Positions 20,882 to 31,748 of a stretch of DNA of 64,000 bases are shown one piece after another. The notes under the pieces were generated by a model. It saw only the letters and a program-made list of their open reading frames with translations. It did not search any database and was not told where the DNA came from. The position numbers were made by a program, and so were the translations under genes. The number at the start of each line of letters is the position of its first letter. Position 1 is the first letter of the stretch. Source of the DNA: Nitrospirota bacterium (lineage in GTDB: Bacteria > Nitrospirota > UBA9217); contig CAVVOB010000014.1 of assembly GCA_963749655.1 (NCBI GenBank), forward strand, positions 96,001 through 160,000, given 5' to 3'.

Positions 20882-21235
20882 TCAGTGTGCGTTTGCCAGG
20901 TAATGCCGCAGATGGGATTTCAGCTCTTGAATTTCGTTCCGTGCGAAACAGGTGTCGGCGCCGGCGTTGATGAAGGAAGGCGCCTCATCCCGTGCGTCAT
21001 AATCGGAAAAAAAGATAATGTGAGAGGAGGGATTGCTCCGTTTGATGCCTTTGAGCCTGTTGAACACGTCCAGAGACGGCACCAGCATGCCGAGAATGAC
21101 GACCGAATAACCGGGTGAAAGCGACGAAAGGCCGCGCTGCCTTATGAGGTCGGCGGAAAATCCTTCATCTTCGAGCTCCTGCTTCAGGATTGCCCCGAAG
21201 TTCTTGTCCACATCAGCAATAAGGATCCGGGTCAT
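20882..21235 (-). CDS. Single-domain receiver-like protein lacking the phosphoacceptor Asp
   Basis: MTRILIADVD..VVILGMLVP..IIFFS..AGADTCFAR. Confidence 0.7.
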   Translation of the reverse strand: MTRILIADVDKNFGAILKQELEDEGFSADLIRQRGLSSLSPGYSVVILGMLVPSLDVFNRLKGIKRSNPSSHIIFFSDYDARDEAPSFINAGADTCFARNEIQELKSHLRHYLANAH

Positions 21236-21301
21236 GTTCTCCTTTTCCCCCGCCGGAGGAGGCACCCGCGAAGTCTCTTCCGCGGACGAAGGCCCCCGCG
21301 T

Positions 21302-21628
21302 TCAGACCGGTTCGTGTCCGTCTCTCTCAAGGCTGTTTCTGGCTTCCTTGACCCTGCCCTCAAGCTCCCAATACCGGTCCTTCAGGTTCCGAATCGCGGC
21401 CGCGGACTGCGGGCCGAAGGGCATCCTGCTCTCGATCTCCGCCAGCTCCGAGAGAAGGGTGCGGACGCTCGTGATCGACACTGACAGCTTCCGGGCGTCC
21501 TCGAAGGTGAACTGCCGGGCCGCAAGCATGCGCTGCGACCGGCGGTAAAGCTCTTCGAGCGTGTTGAAGAGATCTTCCCGTTCGCGGTCCGCCTCATGCC
21601 CGCGACGTATCGCTTGATCCTGCAGCAT
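21302..21628 (-). CDS. Hypothetical coiled-coil protein
   Basis: Helical ORF with GAGGAG RBS before MLQDQ. Confidence 0.6.
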   Translation of the reverse strand: MLQDQAIRRGHEADREREDLFNTLEELYRRSQRMLAARQFTFEDARKLSVSITSVRTLLSELAEIESRMPFGPQSAAAIRNLKDRYWELEGRVKEARNSLERDGHEPV

Positions 21629-21657
21629 GGCTTTTCTCCTCGGGAAACAACTGTCGA

Positions 21658-21990
21658 TCAGCGCGCTGCAACGGGAACGGCCGCCGGAGCGCTCTTTTTC
21701 AGCCTGTCCAGAAGCATGACGGACAGCTGGTAGCGCATTCCCTCCTCCTGCCGGACCGCCTTGTAGAAATCGCACTGTTCACAGTTCTTGTACTTTGCTC
21801 CGAAGGTCCCCTGGATCTGTCCGCCGCACAGGGTCCCCGCGATCATCCAGCATGTCCTGCCGCTGTTCCTGCCGCCGTGCACCCCGTTGAGGCGGCTGTC
21901 GGTTGTTGCCGGACAGACGCCCCGGCTGGAAATATTTCTGCCGCCCGCTTCCCGTCCGCACTTCATGAATTCCCAGCAATTCAGCTTCAT
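21658..21990 (-). CDS. Two-CW domain Cys-rich protein
   Basis: NCWEFMKCGRE..CPA..GRTCW..AGTLCGG..CEQCDF. Confidence 0.85.
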   Translation of the reverse strand: MKLNCWEFMKCGREAGGRNISSRGVCPATTDSRLNGVHGGRNSGRTCWMIAGTLCGGQIQGTFGAKYKNCEQCDFYKAVRQEEGMRYQLSVMLLDRLKKSAPAAVPVAAR

Positions 21991-22182
21991 GCGACCATCC
22001 TTAAAGATATTTTACAAACCGAGATGTTGAATTCTGAGTCAAGTTTCAACGAAAAAAATTACAATCTTTTACCGCCAAGGCGCAAAGGAAATCCGCCCCG
22101 CAGATTCTCCGTTTTTCCTGGCAAACTTCGCGCCTTCGCGGTTCAGAAGAAGTTGTTCTTTAATCGTCCGAGGATGACCTCG

Positions 22183-22551
22183 TTAATGTTTTTCCTTGTT
22201 GTTGACAACGGCTGCTGCCGATGATGTCATCGGGGCCTTCAGTTTCTCCATTGCCCGTTCCATGCCGAGACGCGTGGCCGAGAACCCGAAGGGAGTCGGT
22301 TCTTCCTCTTTCTTCACCAGGTTCATGAAATCGCATCGCCAGCAGTTGTGCAGCTTCTGGGCATAGGTCCCCTGGATCTTTCCGCCGCAGAGCGAGCCCG
22401 CAACAGCCCAGCATGCGCGTCCTGCATGCTGTCCGCCGTGGGCGCCCTGAAGGTCCTGCGAGACCGTGACCGGACAGATGCCCAGTTCCTGTGCTTTATG
22501 GCCGCCCGGCTGCCTGCCGCATTTTTTATGCTCCCAACAGTTGAGTTTCAT
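22183..22551 (-). CDS. Two-CW domain Cys-rich protein (paralog)
   Basis: NCWEHKKCGRQ..CPV..GRACW..AGSLCGG..CWRCDF; AGGAGG RBS. Confidence 0.85.
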   Translation of the reverse strand: MKLNCWEHKKCGRQPGGHKAQELGICPVTVSQDLQGAHGGQHAGRACWAVAGSLCGGKIQGTYAQKLHNCWRCDFMNLVKKEEEPTPFGFSATRLGMERAMEKLKAPMTSSAAAVVNNKEKH

Positions 22552-22721
22552 GAAGAACTTCACCTCCTGCCGTGGTATTTTCTTGATATTACTAGCAAGA
22601 CCCTTGCCAGGCTTATACGATTGTTTTTTCAGTGAATAAATTCTCGCTGCGACTGAAACCTCGGGCATAATGCAAGGGGGGGTCAGGCAGAAAGCCCGAT
22701 CGTCTGAAAAGCACGGCTTTT

Positions 22722-22795
22722 CGCAGGCTAAAGCCTGCGGCTACCAGAGAATATGCGTTGATTTGTTTCACGGTAGCCGCACCCTTCAGGGTGCG
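22722..22795. repeat. GTAG-type REP pair
   Basis: CGCAGGCTAAAGCCTGCGGCTAC / GTAGCCGCACCCTTCAGGGTGCG in inverted orientation. Confidence 0.7.
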
Positions 22796-22972
22796 TTGAT
22801 GCAGTTCGATGTCTTCTACAACAGGCTGCCAAGAGCGGCAATGCGAAGAGAACGTCAAAAGGAGAGGGGCCTGACAGAGTGTGGAAAGGAACGGAAAACC
22901 GTGAGGAATCGATTGCGAATGAAGCCCCGGGGAGGAGGGGGTCGGTCTTTCTTGCGACTGGGATTGCTGTGA

Positions 22973-25900
22973 TTACGACACCGGCAGGGATATGGTGAGC
23001 GTCGCACCCGTTCCCTCTTCAGCAGATGCATGGATGTCGCCGCTGTGGCCCAGAACAATCTTTCTGGCAATGGCAAGACCGAGGCCGGTCCCGCCCTGGT
23101 CGGCCCTCGTGGTAAAGAAGGGATCGAAGATCCTGTTGATATTGTCCTGCGATATGCCCTGCCCCGTATCGCCGATGGTAACGGTGATCCTTCCGTTTTC
23201 CGCGATCGTGTCGATCGTCAGCGATCCCTTCTCGTTCATGGCGTCCAGCGCATTGGTGATCACGGCCAGGAACACCTGGATCAGTTCTCCGTCGCTGCCG
23301 AACACGGCATGATCCGCCGGCGCGAACCGTTTTTCGACCTGGACCTCCTTCAGCCGGCCCTGGAACCCGACGATCTCGAGGGCCCGGTCGATGAGGGAGC
23401 GGAGATCGACGGCTTTTCTCTCAGGCGAGCTCTTCCGGACAAAGGACAGCATGCCCGTGGTGATCCGCTTGCACCGCGCGATTTCCTCCTCGACGATCTT
23501 CAGATAATTCCGGAACAAGGTGGGGTCGTACCGGGAGCTGTTCACGCGGTTCAGGAGCCCCTCTGCGCACCCCAGGATCGCGGCGAGGGGGTTATTGATC
23601 TCATGGGCTATGCTGGCGGCCATCTGTCCCAGGGAAGCAAGACGCTCGTTCATGATATAGCGCATCTCCTTTTCCCGGTCCTGCGTCATGTCCCGGACGA
23701 TGCTGATGCAGCCGCCGAACTGCCCGTCCGGGCCCAGGTAGGGAAAGTGGGACACAATGAGGGTCCGCTTGCTTTTCGGCTCGACGAATTCGACGTCCGC
23801 GGGGTTTCCCGTGCTCCTGATCGCCTGGTGCGGACAGTTCGCAAAAGGGACCGGCGTCTGGTGAATGAGTTCGTGGCACTTCAGGCCGAGGATCTCGGGA
23901 AAGGACTTGCCGAGGAATTCAACGAAGGCGCGGTTCGCCTTGGTGATCTTGTACTCGGCGTCGGTGATGAAGATCGGGTCCTGGATGCCGTCAAAGGTGT
24001 TCTGCCATTCCTTGTGGGAGCGGCTGACCGTGGCGATGAGCGCCTGCAGATCATGGATCAGGTTTTCCCGCTCGCGCTCCATGCGTTTGCGTTCGATGCC
24101 GAGCGCGATCTCGTCGGCAACGGATGAAAGCGCCTGCACCGTGGCCTCGGAAAAAGCCTCTTTGGAAAATACGCCCAGAACGCCGACGAGCCGGTCCTCG
24201 ACAACGAGCGGGTAGCCGGCGAATGCGGAGACGCCTTCCCGCAGAGCCCAGTCCCGGTCCCTGATGAGCGGATCGCCGGGGGCATGGTTGGTCAGGTAGG
24301 GTTTCCGTTCCTTGGCGATCCGTCCGATCTCGAAATCGCCGTCCTCAACGGGCAGGCGGCCCGCGCCGGGTTGCGCGCCGGCGCCCGCGCTCGTCCGGAG
24401 CTCAAGCATGATGCTGTCGGGATCGAGCGTCCAGATGCGCGCGCTGTGAGCGTCGAGGTGCCTGACAATCGCCTCGGCGCACGATTGCAGCGTAGGCTGA
24501 AGTTCGTTCTCCCGGGTCAGCGCGGCGCCGATGTCCGAACCGAGCATCGCGTGCCGCGACCGCTCGATCACCGCCTGCTCGGTCTGTTTCCGGGCAGTGA
24601 TGTCCCTCACCGCTTCTATGCCCGCGATGATCTTGCCCGAGGCGTCCCGCAAGGGAGACGCGCTGACTTCGACGTAGATCTTTCTGCCGGGAACGGTGCT
24701 GGACCGCTCGACGGTGTGGACGTTGCCGTCCCGGAAGGACAGGGCGACGGGGCAGCCGTCGCAGGTTTTCTCCTTGTTCTGATAGGCCTCGTAGCAGTAC
24801 TCGCCGATATGGTTGCCGATGATGTTCCGGTGGCGCTGGTTCTGATAGACGACCTTGAAATCCAGGTCCTGGATGCTGATGCCGTCTCCGATGGCGGAGA
24901 CGATGGCCTCGAACTTGTTCTTCTCCTCTTCGGCCCTCAGCAGCGCGGTCTGGACCGACTGCTCCGCCTCCTTGCGCGCCGTTATGTCCTCGACGATGCC
25001 GATGCCGCCGATGATAACGCCCTTCGGTCCGTACAGGGGGGTGGTGCGCAGAGAGATCCAGATGGCCGCGTTGCTCGTCGTGGCGCGATAGGGTCCCTCG
25101 TAAATGCCCTCCCTGCCCTCCAGTGACGCCCGGTGGGCCGGCAGCACGCTCTGGTCCTCCAGCCCGTTCATGTTCAGCCCGATCAGCCTGTCGCGGGTTG
25201 ACCGGAGGATGGAGACAAAGCTGTCGTTGCAGTCCGTTATGATCAGGCGCGTGTCGTAATTGAAGATCCCGATCGGTGTGCGGTGAAAAAGGAGTCGATA
25301 CCGCTCTTCGCGGTCCTGGAGTGATTCTTCGGTTATTCTTCTGCCCGTGATGTCGATCCCCGTGGCAATGACGTATTCCACAGCGCCGCTGCGGTCGAGG
25401 AGCACCGTGTTCGACCAGTCGATCAGTTTCCTGCCCCCGTCCTTTGCGACCCAGTAGTTCTCATACCTGCTCGGCAGCTGGCCCGCCGTAAGGTTGCGGA
25501 AAACTTCCTGCACGGGCGCCACCTGCTCCGGGGGCAGCAGGAAGTCCCAGACGCGACGCCCCTGCGCCTCGTCAAAGGAGTATCCCGACACTTCCTCGCA
25601 GGACCGGTTGAAGCGCACGATCCTTCCCTCGCGGTCCAGGACCAGAACCATGGCCCCGACCGTGTCGAGAACTGTGGAGATGAAGCGGCTCTCTTTGAGC
25701 AGCGCTTCCTCGGCCCGTTTCTGCTCCGTCACGTCCCGCGTGATCGCCAGCAGTGCGATGATCTCATTGTTCTTGCCGCGGAGAGGCACGGCGTGGGTGT
25801 CGAGCCACAGGCGCCGTCCGCGGAGCCCGGCCATCTCGAAGGTCAGCGTCGCCTGTTTGCCCAGGAAGACCTTGCCGGTCATGCGCTTGAAATCGTCACG

Positions 25901-26293
25901 GTAAGGCGGAAGAATGAGGGGAAAGAGGGGTTTATTTTTTACTTCGTCGAAGGAGCCGGCCTGGATCATCGCGAGGCCGGCGCGGTTCATCATGATCAGC
26001 GTCCCGTCGGACGAAAGCAGCTTGACGCACTCCGGCTCCGAGTCGATGATGGTCTGGAGGAATTGCCGGCTTTCGCGAAGGTCGGCCTCGACGCGCTCCC
26101 GGTCGTCGATCTCCCGGGCCAGCTCGCTGTTGGCCTTCATCCAGTCACGGGCGTGCTCGTTCACCAGCCGCTCGAGGTCCGCGTTCATGCCGGACCGGAG
26201 GGAAGGCGTCCCCGGCTTTCGCTCTTTCGGTTCCTTCGACCGTCCGCTCCCGGCGGCCCGCGGGCGGCTCTTCTTGGTTTCCTTTTTTTTCAT
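22973..26293 (-). CDS. Multi-PAS/GAF sensor histidine kinase (NtrB-like)
   Basis: Five PAS-like units (DITxRK linkers), GAF, AHEINNPL, DPFFTT, GTGLGL. Confidence 0.92.
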   Translation of the reverse strand: MKKKETKKSRPRAAGSGRSKEPKERKPGTPSLRSGMNADLERLVNEHARDWMKANSELAREIDDRERVEADLRESRQFLQTIIDSEPECVKLLSSDGTLIMMNRAGLAMIQAGSFDEVKNKPLFPLILPPYRDDFKRMTGKVFLGKQATLTFEMAGLRGRRLWLDTHAVPLRGKNNEIIALLAITRDVTEQKRAEEALLKESRFISTVLDTVGAMVLVLDREGRIVRFNRSCEEVSGYSFDEAQGRRVWDFLLPPEQVAPVQEVFRNLTAGQLPSRYENYWVAKDGGRKLIDWSNTVLLDRSGAVEYVIATGIDITGRRITEESLQDREERYRLLFHRTPIGIFNYDTRLIITDCNDSFVSILRSTRDRLIGLNMNGLEDQSVLPAHRASLEGREGIYEGPYRATTSNAAIWISLRTTPLYGPKGVIIGGIGIVEDITARKEAEQSVQTALLRAEEEKNKFEAIVSAIGDGISIQDLDFKVVYQNQRHRNIIGNHIGEYCYEAYQNKEKTCDGCPVALSFRDGNVHTVERSSTVPGRKIYVEVSASPLRDASGKIIAGIEAVRDITARKQTEQAVIERSRHAMLGSDIGAALTRENELQPTLQSCAEAIVRHLDAHSARIWTLDPDSIMLELRTSAGAGAQPGAGRLPVEDGDFEIGRIAKERKPYLTNHAPGDPLIRDRDWALREGVSAFAGYPLVVEDRLVGVLGVFSKEAFSEATVQALSSVADEIALGIERKRMERERENLIHDLQALIATVSRSHKEWQNTFDGIQDPIFITDAEYKITKANRAFVEFLGKSFPEILGLKCHELIHQTPVPFANCPHQAIRSTGNPADVEFVEPKSKRTLIVSHFPYLGPDGQFGGCISIVRDMTQDREKEMRYIMNERLASLGQMAASIAHEINNPLAAILGCAEGLLNRVNSSRYDPTLFRNYLKIVEEEIARCKRITTGMLSFVRKSSPERKAVDLRSLIDRALEIVGFQGRLKEVQVEKRFAPADHAVFGSDGELIQVFLAVITNALDAMNEKGSLTIDTIAENGRITVTIGDTGQGISQDNINRIFDPFFTTRADQGGTGLGLAIARKIVLGHSGDIHASAEEGTGATLTISLPVS

Positions 26294-26328
26294 TTCTTCA
26301 GATCTTGACGCCGGCTGCGCGGCCGTCC

Positions 26329-27645
26329 CTATTCCGCAACGCCATAGCTCGCCAGTTTGCGGTAGAGGGTCTTCGGGTCGATGCCGAGCGCCTCGGCGGC
26401 CTTGCCCCGCTGCCCGCCCGACGCGGCCAGCACGCGCAGGATATGTTCGCGTTCCATGTCTTCCAGGCGCGCGCTCCCGGAGGGCTGCTCGCGGGTGAAT
26501 TCACAAGGCAGGTCCTGCGGCTGGATGACGTCGTTCTTGGACAGCAGAAGGGCGCGGTGGACGATATTCTGCAGCTCCCGTACGTTGCCCGGCCAGGGGT
26601 AGGACATGAGGATCGCCAGCGCCTCTTCGCTGAATCGTTTGTGGCGGAACTCCGTGTCGGTCCTCAGGAAATAGTCGATGAGCGCGGGGATGTCCTCGGT
26701 TCTCTCCCGCAGAGGGGCAATGTTGACCATAAGAGCGGCGATGCGGTAATAGAGGTCCTGCCGGAACGCCCCCCGGGCGATCTCTGACTTCAGGTCCTTG
26801 TTCGTTGCCGCCAGGACCCTGACGTCCACCTTCTGCTCCCGGGTGCTGCCGAGGCGGTAAAAACGCCCCGTTTCCAGGACCCGCAGCAGCTTCACCTGGA
26901 GCGCCAGCGGCATGTCCCCGATCTCGTCGAGGAACAGCGTTCCGTTGCTCGCCACCTCCAGGAGCCCCGGCTTCCGCGCGGTCGCTCCGGTGAACGCTCC
27001 CTTTTCGTAGCCGAAGAGCTCGCTTTCGATCATGTTTTCGGGGATCGCCCCGCAATTGATCGTGACGAAGGGACCGCCGGACCGCTTCGATTCGCGGTGG
27101 ATGCTCGCCGCGATCAGCTCCTTGCCCACGCCGCTTTCGCCGGTGATGAGCACGGAATAATCGGACGGCGCCACCTTGCTCACCGTCTCGAGAAGGCCCC
27201 GCATGAAGGGGCTCTCCGCGACGAGATGATGTCCTTCCGTCTGGCGCCGGATCTGCGCCTTGAGCAGGAGGTTCTCGCTGCGGAGCAGCTTTTTCTCGCA
27301 GGCCTTGTCGATGATCGAGGAAAGCTCCTCCAGCCGGAACGGCTTGGTCAGATAATCGTAGGCGCTGAGCTTCATGGCCTCGACGGCGGTGGAGACCGTG
27401 GCGTTGGCGGTGAGGATGATGACTTCCGTGGGGATGTCGAGGGCCTTCATCTTCTTGAGCACCTCGATGCCCGGGATGCGGGGCATGTTCAGGTCGAGCA
27501 AAAGAACGTCATACTCGTTCTGCTCGAGCATCTCCAGAGCGCGCTCCCCGTCCTCCGCCTCATCGACGTCGATGCGCTCCGTCGCCAGCTCGTTCCTCAG
27601 GACTTCCCGGATGTTTTTCTCGTCATCAGCGATCAGCAGTCTCAC
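26329..27645 (-). CDS. sigma54-dependent NtrC-family response regulator
   Basis: REC domain, GESGVGKE, ESELFG, GAFTGA, LFLDEIG, WPGNVREL, Fis HTH. Confidence 0.95.
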   Translation of the reverse strand: MRLLIADDEKNIREVLRNELATERIDVDEAEDGERALEMLEQNEYDVLLLDLNMPRIPGIEVLKKMKALDIPTEVIILTANATVSTAVEAMKLSAYDYLTKPFRLEELSSIIDKACEKKLLRSENLLLKAQIRRQTEGHHLVAESPFMRGLLETVSKVAPSDYSVLITGESGVGKELIAASIHRESKRSGGPFVTINCGAIPENMIESELFGYEKGAFTGATARKPGLLEVASNGTLFLDEIGDMPLALQVKLLRVLETGRFYRLGSTREQKVDVRVLAATNKDLKSEIARGAFRQDLYYRIAALMVNIAPLRERTEDIPALIDYFLRTDTEFRHKRFSEEALAILMSYPWPGNVRELQNIVHRALLLSKNDVIQPQDLPCEFTREQPSGSARLEDMEREHILRVLAASGGQRGKAAEALGIDPKTLYRKLASYGVAE

Positions 27646-27882
27646 GGCAAGGGGTCCTCCGGAACAGCAGGATGCGACGGCCGGCGCGCGCCCCGGGGGG
27701 CCGGACGTCCCGATCATACTATACTGCGGGCGGCGTTGAAGGCAAGACATTTTGCAGCGTCAGCACATAGAGTGGCGCTGCCTGACTGGGGAAAACTATA
27801 GCACATACGGGAAAAGTGTCAACAGGCAAGGTCTGCGGCACCCGGCCCTGTGGTCCGGCCGGGTTTGTGAGGAGGACTGGGA

Positions 27883-30843
27883 CTACCGGGAGACGCGGTC
27901 CGGAAATCCCTCGAGGACCGTGTGCACTGCTTCCAGCAGCTCGTTCTTGGAGAACGGTTTTCCCAGGAAGAATTGGCCGTTCCGGAGCAGGCCTTTCTCG
28001 CGGATCACGTCCTCCTGATACCCGCTGGTAAAGAGGGCCTTCAAGCCGGGCTGCCGTCTTATAATGGTCTTGTAGGCGTCGTTCCCGGTCATTTTCGGCA
28101 TGATGACGTCGAGGATGGCGAGGTCGACCGCGCCCCGGTGCGCCGTGAACCTGGAGCATGCATCCTCGCCGTCGCATGCTTCGATGACCGTGTACCCGTG
28201 GCCTTCGAGCACGGCCTTCACGAACTCCCTGACATCCTCTTCATTCTCGGCCACCAGGATCGTCCTGCCGCCCCGCGGGCCGCGCAGGGGCGGGGGTGCC
28301 AAGGCGGCCGCAGTCGACGCAGCCGCGGCCTGTTCCCGCGCCAGCGGCAGGTAGACCGTGAACGTCGATCCTTTGCCCGGCTCGCTGTCCACGGTGATGT
28401 AGCCGCGGTGTTCCTTGACGATATCGTAGACGATGGATAGCCCGAAGCCCGTTCCCTTGTCCAGCCCTTTGGTCGTGAAGAAGGGCTCGAAGATCTTTTC
28501 ACGGACCGCGGCCGTCATACCGATGCCGGTGTCGGCAACGGACATCATGGCGTAGACGCCCGGCTTGCCGTAGCCGTAGGTCGTAATGAAATCGCCGGTC
28601 AGCTCCTCCGTACCCGTCCTTATGGCGATCAGGCCCCCCGAAGGCATGGCGTCCCGCGCGTTCACCAGCAGGTTCATGATGATCCGTTCGATCTGGCTGC
28701 AATCCGCAAGAATGGGCAGCGGTTTTTCCTGCGGGCTGATGGACAACTGGACTCCCTCGCGAAGCAGGCCGGCAAGAAGCTTCTCCATGCGCTGCACGAT
28801 GTCACCCAGGTCGGCGGAGGCAAGGCTTACGACCTGCTTCTTGCCGAAAGCGAGCAGCGTCTGGGTCATGTTCGCGGCGCGCTCGGTCGCGGCAAGGATC
28901 TGATCCACCTGGTCGCGCAGCGGGTCGCTCCGCTTGATCTTCATGTGCATAAGGTTCGCGTATCCGACAATGGTGGTGAGGACATTATTGAAGTCGTGCG
29001 CCACACCTCCCGCAAGCTTCCCGATCGCCTCCATCTTCTGGGCGTACCGGAGCCGGCCTTCGAGCGCCTTGCGCTCCGTGATGTCGACGAGCGTTCCGAT
29101 CACCGCCGGCTCCCCCTCGTAATCGAGGCGGGCCGCGGTCATGAGTGCCCAGCGCTCAGCGCCGTCCTTCCGGATCACCTTGAACTCATACTGGGTCGGC
29201 GCCGGGTCGGCGTGCAGCCGAAGTAGTCCGCGCGACCGCACCAGCTCCCGGTAATCGGGATGCACCATGTCCCAGAAGTGCATGGTGCGGAACTCGTCGT
29301 GGGTATAGCCGGACATGCTCTCCGCGGTCCGGTTCGTAAACAGCAGCCTGCCGCCCCGGTGTATGAAAATGGCCGCGGGCGTCGTCTGAGCAAGGGTGCG
29401 GAACTTCAGCTCGCTCTCCTCAAGGGACTCTCTCGCGAAGCGGGCCTCTTCGTACAGAAGGGCATTTTCGATCGCCACGGCCGCCTGAACAGCCAGTGTT
29501 TCGAGGAGCTCGATGTCGCCGGGCGCGTAGGGAGCGCCGCCGCCCTTTTGTCCGAGGGTCAGAATCCCCCGCAGCGTTCCCTTGGATATGAGGGGGATGG
29601 CCGCCTCGGCGCCCGTTTTTTTCATCCACCCGTTCATTGCGCCGAATTCGGCCTCCGGCTTTTCCTCCAGCTCCTCCCGGATCATCACGACGCCGCTCTG
29701 ATCGATCCCTGCAACGACGGCCGGGGGCACTGCCCCTTCTTCGCACTCATCAGCGGCCTCCGCATGGCCCCTTCGCCGCCGGTAGCGCCCGTCTCCGTCC
29801 CTGAGGTACAGGCATACCCGGTTGACGCTGAGGCTGGTCCGTATGCTGTTGATGATGAAGTCCAGCAATTCAGGAAGACTGAGGATGGCACCGATGGCCC
29901 TGATCGACTCCCCCATAACCCGTTGATAGTCGAACCGCGCCGGAAAGAACATGCTCCGAAGGCGTGCCTGGATCTTCTTATTGATCGATGCGCCGGTCAG
30001 GAAAAGGACCCCGATGCACGGCAGGGACACGGCGATGGCTGTGGCGTCTCCCATCACCGGCTCAAGAAGTCTGAACAGGACCGTCTGGAGAAAAATGAGC
30101 ACGATCGACGAGAGCGCGACCGTCAAGGTCTGGGAAATGACGCTCCCGACGTCGAAAAGGCGATGGTGCGTCATGGCATAGAACGTGAGCAGCACCCAGG
30201 GAAGGCTGAAATAAGAGCCGAGGCAGGGATCGAATCCGAACCCGCCGAAAAGCTGCAGGACTCCCTCGACAAAAGCTCCTCCGATGATGAAGATCAGAAG
30301 TCCGTAGGTGAAATAATTCAACTGGGCCCTTCGCAACCCCGTCATCTGCCGCCTCAGCCGGAATATTTCCACGATCACCCACGATACCTGGATGATCCCC
30401 GCGATCCGGAGGGGCTTTCCCAGAATACCGGACCGGTCGATATGGGGCAGCAGCGAGTAGTGGCCATGTTCGATCAGGCCGGTTGAAAGGCTGACAGCGA
30501 GGACAACGCACCAGAAGGGATACAGCACCCGTCCGGCGATCCGGGCGGTCCGGCTGTCCTCGTCGCGGAGATAAAAGACGAACTGGACGGCCGCGGGGAT
30601 CATCAGCCAGCCGATCCAGCTGGCGCGGGCAAGTGTGGTGACGTCCCGCCCCCTCGACGCGAGAACATACATAAGCGCCGTGGTCAAGGCAAAGGCGGCT
30701 GCGAAGAAGGAGAAGGCGGCAACGGATTTATTCACCCGGCTGTTGCGCGGGTTGTTGACGAGAAGCAGCATCCCCAGGACCATCTCGAGGAGCGCTACGA
30801 TAAAGAGCGGATAACCGATGAGCGACAGGACATTCGTATGCAT
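27883..30843 (-). CDS. Multi-TM hybrid histidine kinase (7TM-type N-terminus, GAF, PAS, HisKA, REC)
   Basis: Hydrophobic N-terminal ~280 aa, [22 protein letters not shown]. Confidence 0.92.
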   Translation of the reverse strand: MHTNVLSLIGYPLFIVALLEMVLGMLLLVNNPRNSRVNKSVAAFSFFAAAFALTTALMYVLASRGRDVTTLARASWIGWLMIPAAVQFVFYLRDEDSRTARIAGRVLYPFWCVVLAVSLSTGLIEHGHYSLLPHIDRSGILGKPLRIAGIIQVSWVIVEIFRLRRQMTGLRRAQLNYFTYGLLIFIIGGAFVEGVLQLFGGFGFDPCLGSYFSLPWVLLTFYAMTHHRLFDVGSVISQTLTVALSSIVLIFLQTVLFRLLEPVMGDATAIAVSLPCIGVLFLTGASINKKIQARLRSMFFPARFDYQRVMGESIRAIGAILSLPELLDFIINSIRTSLSVNRVCLYLRDGDGRYRRRRGHAEAADECEEGAVPPAVVAGIDQSGVVMIREELEEKPEAEFGAMNGWMKKTGAEAAIPLISKGTLRGILTLGQKGGGAPYAPGDIELLETLAVQAAVAIENALLYEEARFARESLEESELKFRTLAQTTPAAIFIHRGGRLLFTNRTAESMSGYTHDEFRTMHFWDMVHPDYRELVRSRGLLRLHADPAPTQYEFKVIRKDGAERWALMTAARLDYEGEPAVIGTLVDITERKALEGRLRYAQKMEAIGKLAGGVAHDFNNVLTTIVGYANLMHMKIKRSDPLRDQVDQILAATERAANMTQTLLAFGKKQVVSLASADLGDIVQRMEKLLAGLLREGVQLSISPQEKPLPILADCSQIERIIMNLLVNARDAMPSGGLIAIRTGTEELTGDFITTYGYGKPGVYAMMSVADTGIGMTAAVREKIFEPFFTTKGLDKGTGFGLSIVYDIVKEHRGYITVDSEPGKGSTFTVYLPLAREQAAAASTAAALAPPPLRGPRGGRTILVAENEEDVREFVKAVLEGHGYTVIEACDGEDACSRFTAHRGAVDLAILDVIMPKMTGNDAYKTIIRRQPGLKALFTSGYQEDVIREKGLLRNGQFFLGKPFSKNELLEAVHTVLEGFPDRVSR

Positions 30844-31025
30844 GAAATTCCGGGTGCGTGCTTTTTCCGAGGTTTTCCTTCGTCAGGCGCGATTGACGAG
30901 TACGATTGTGAACAGGGGGGAAGAAGCCGCGTGCGTTTGACCAGGCGAAACGACGGCGCTGAGGCACTTGTCCCAGAGGGACAAAAGCCGGGAAAAAATG
31001 GGAATCCCCGATGTTTTCAGTCGGA

Positions 31026-31082
31026 ACTATACGGGATTACGACCGGGAAAGACCATACCCGAGGCAGGGTATTTTTAGGGTA
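31026..31082 (-). promoter_or_regulatory. TACCC-box promoter C
   Basis: TACCCTAAAAATACCCT (31082-31066), 10 nt ending GGGTA, weak -35 TGGTCT, 18 nt, TATAGT. Confidence 0.7.
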
Positions 31083-31110
31083 GGTCGGGATTGCTACGGT
31101 AAACGGGCGA

Positions 31111-31590
31111 TCACGGCTTGCCGGTAAGCTCGTACAGGACCTGGGTATGGGGCATTCCCTCATCGACTTCCGCCCGAAGGACCTGGGCAAAAGACGCCGG
31201 AATTTCAGGGAAAAAGGCATCTCCGCTGAAGGACTGGCGGATGACGGTCAGATAAATGCGGTCCACCAGGTGCATCGTCTCGCGAAAAACCTCCGCGCCG
31301 CCGCAGACAAAGGCCTCGTCCGCGTCCGCGCAGGCAGCGAGCGCCGATGCGATGTCATGGACGATGAGGCAGCCTTCCGTCCGGAAGTCCGGCTGCCGCG
31401 TGAGCACGATGTTGGTCCTGCGCGAGAGGGGCCTGCCGATGCTTTCGAACGTTTTCCGTCCCATGATGACCGGATGCCCGCGCGTGATCGCGTGGAACCG
31501 CTTGCGGTCCGGCGGCAGGTCCCAGGGCATCCGGTTGTCCCGCCCGATCACCCGGTTTTCCGCCATGGCAGCTATGATGGAGAGGATCAT
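31111..31590 (-). CDS. folA: Dihydrofolate reductase
   Basis: IAAMAENRVIG..MPWDLP.D..IMGRKTFESIGRPL..GGAEVF..GDAFFP. Confidence 0.95.
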   Translation of the reverse strand: MILSIIAAMAENRVIGRDNRMPWDLPPDRKRFHAITRGHPVIMGRKTFESIGRPLSRRTNIVLTRQPDFRTEGCLIVHDIASALAACADADEAFVCGGAEVFRETMHLVDRIYLTVIRQSFSGDAFFPEIPASFAQVLRAEVDEGMPHTQVLYELTGKP

Positions 31591-31748
31591 TGAAATAGCC
31601 CGGATACCTGCGGGTCGAGCAACGACAATAAAATTTACCGCGAAAGCGCGAAGTGCGCAAGGAGATCGAAATGCTTTTTTACCGCAGATATCTTTTGCCT
31701 TCCTCGCGTCCCTCGCGCCCCGGCGGTTCAAGGTCGTTGATTCCGCGG

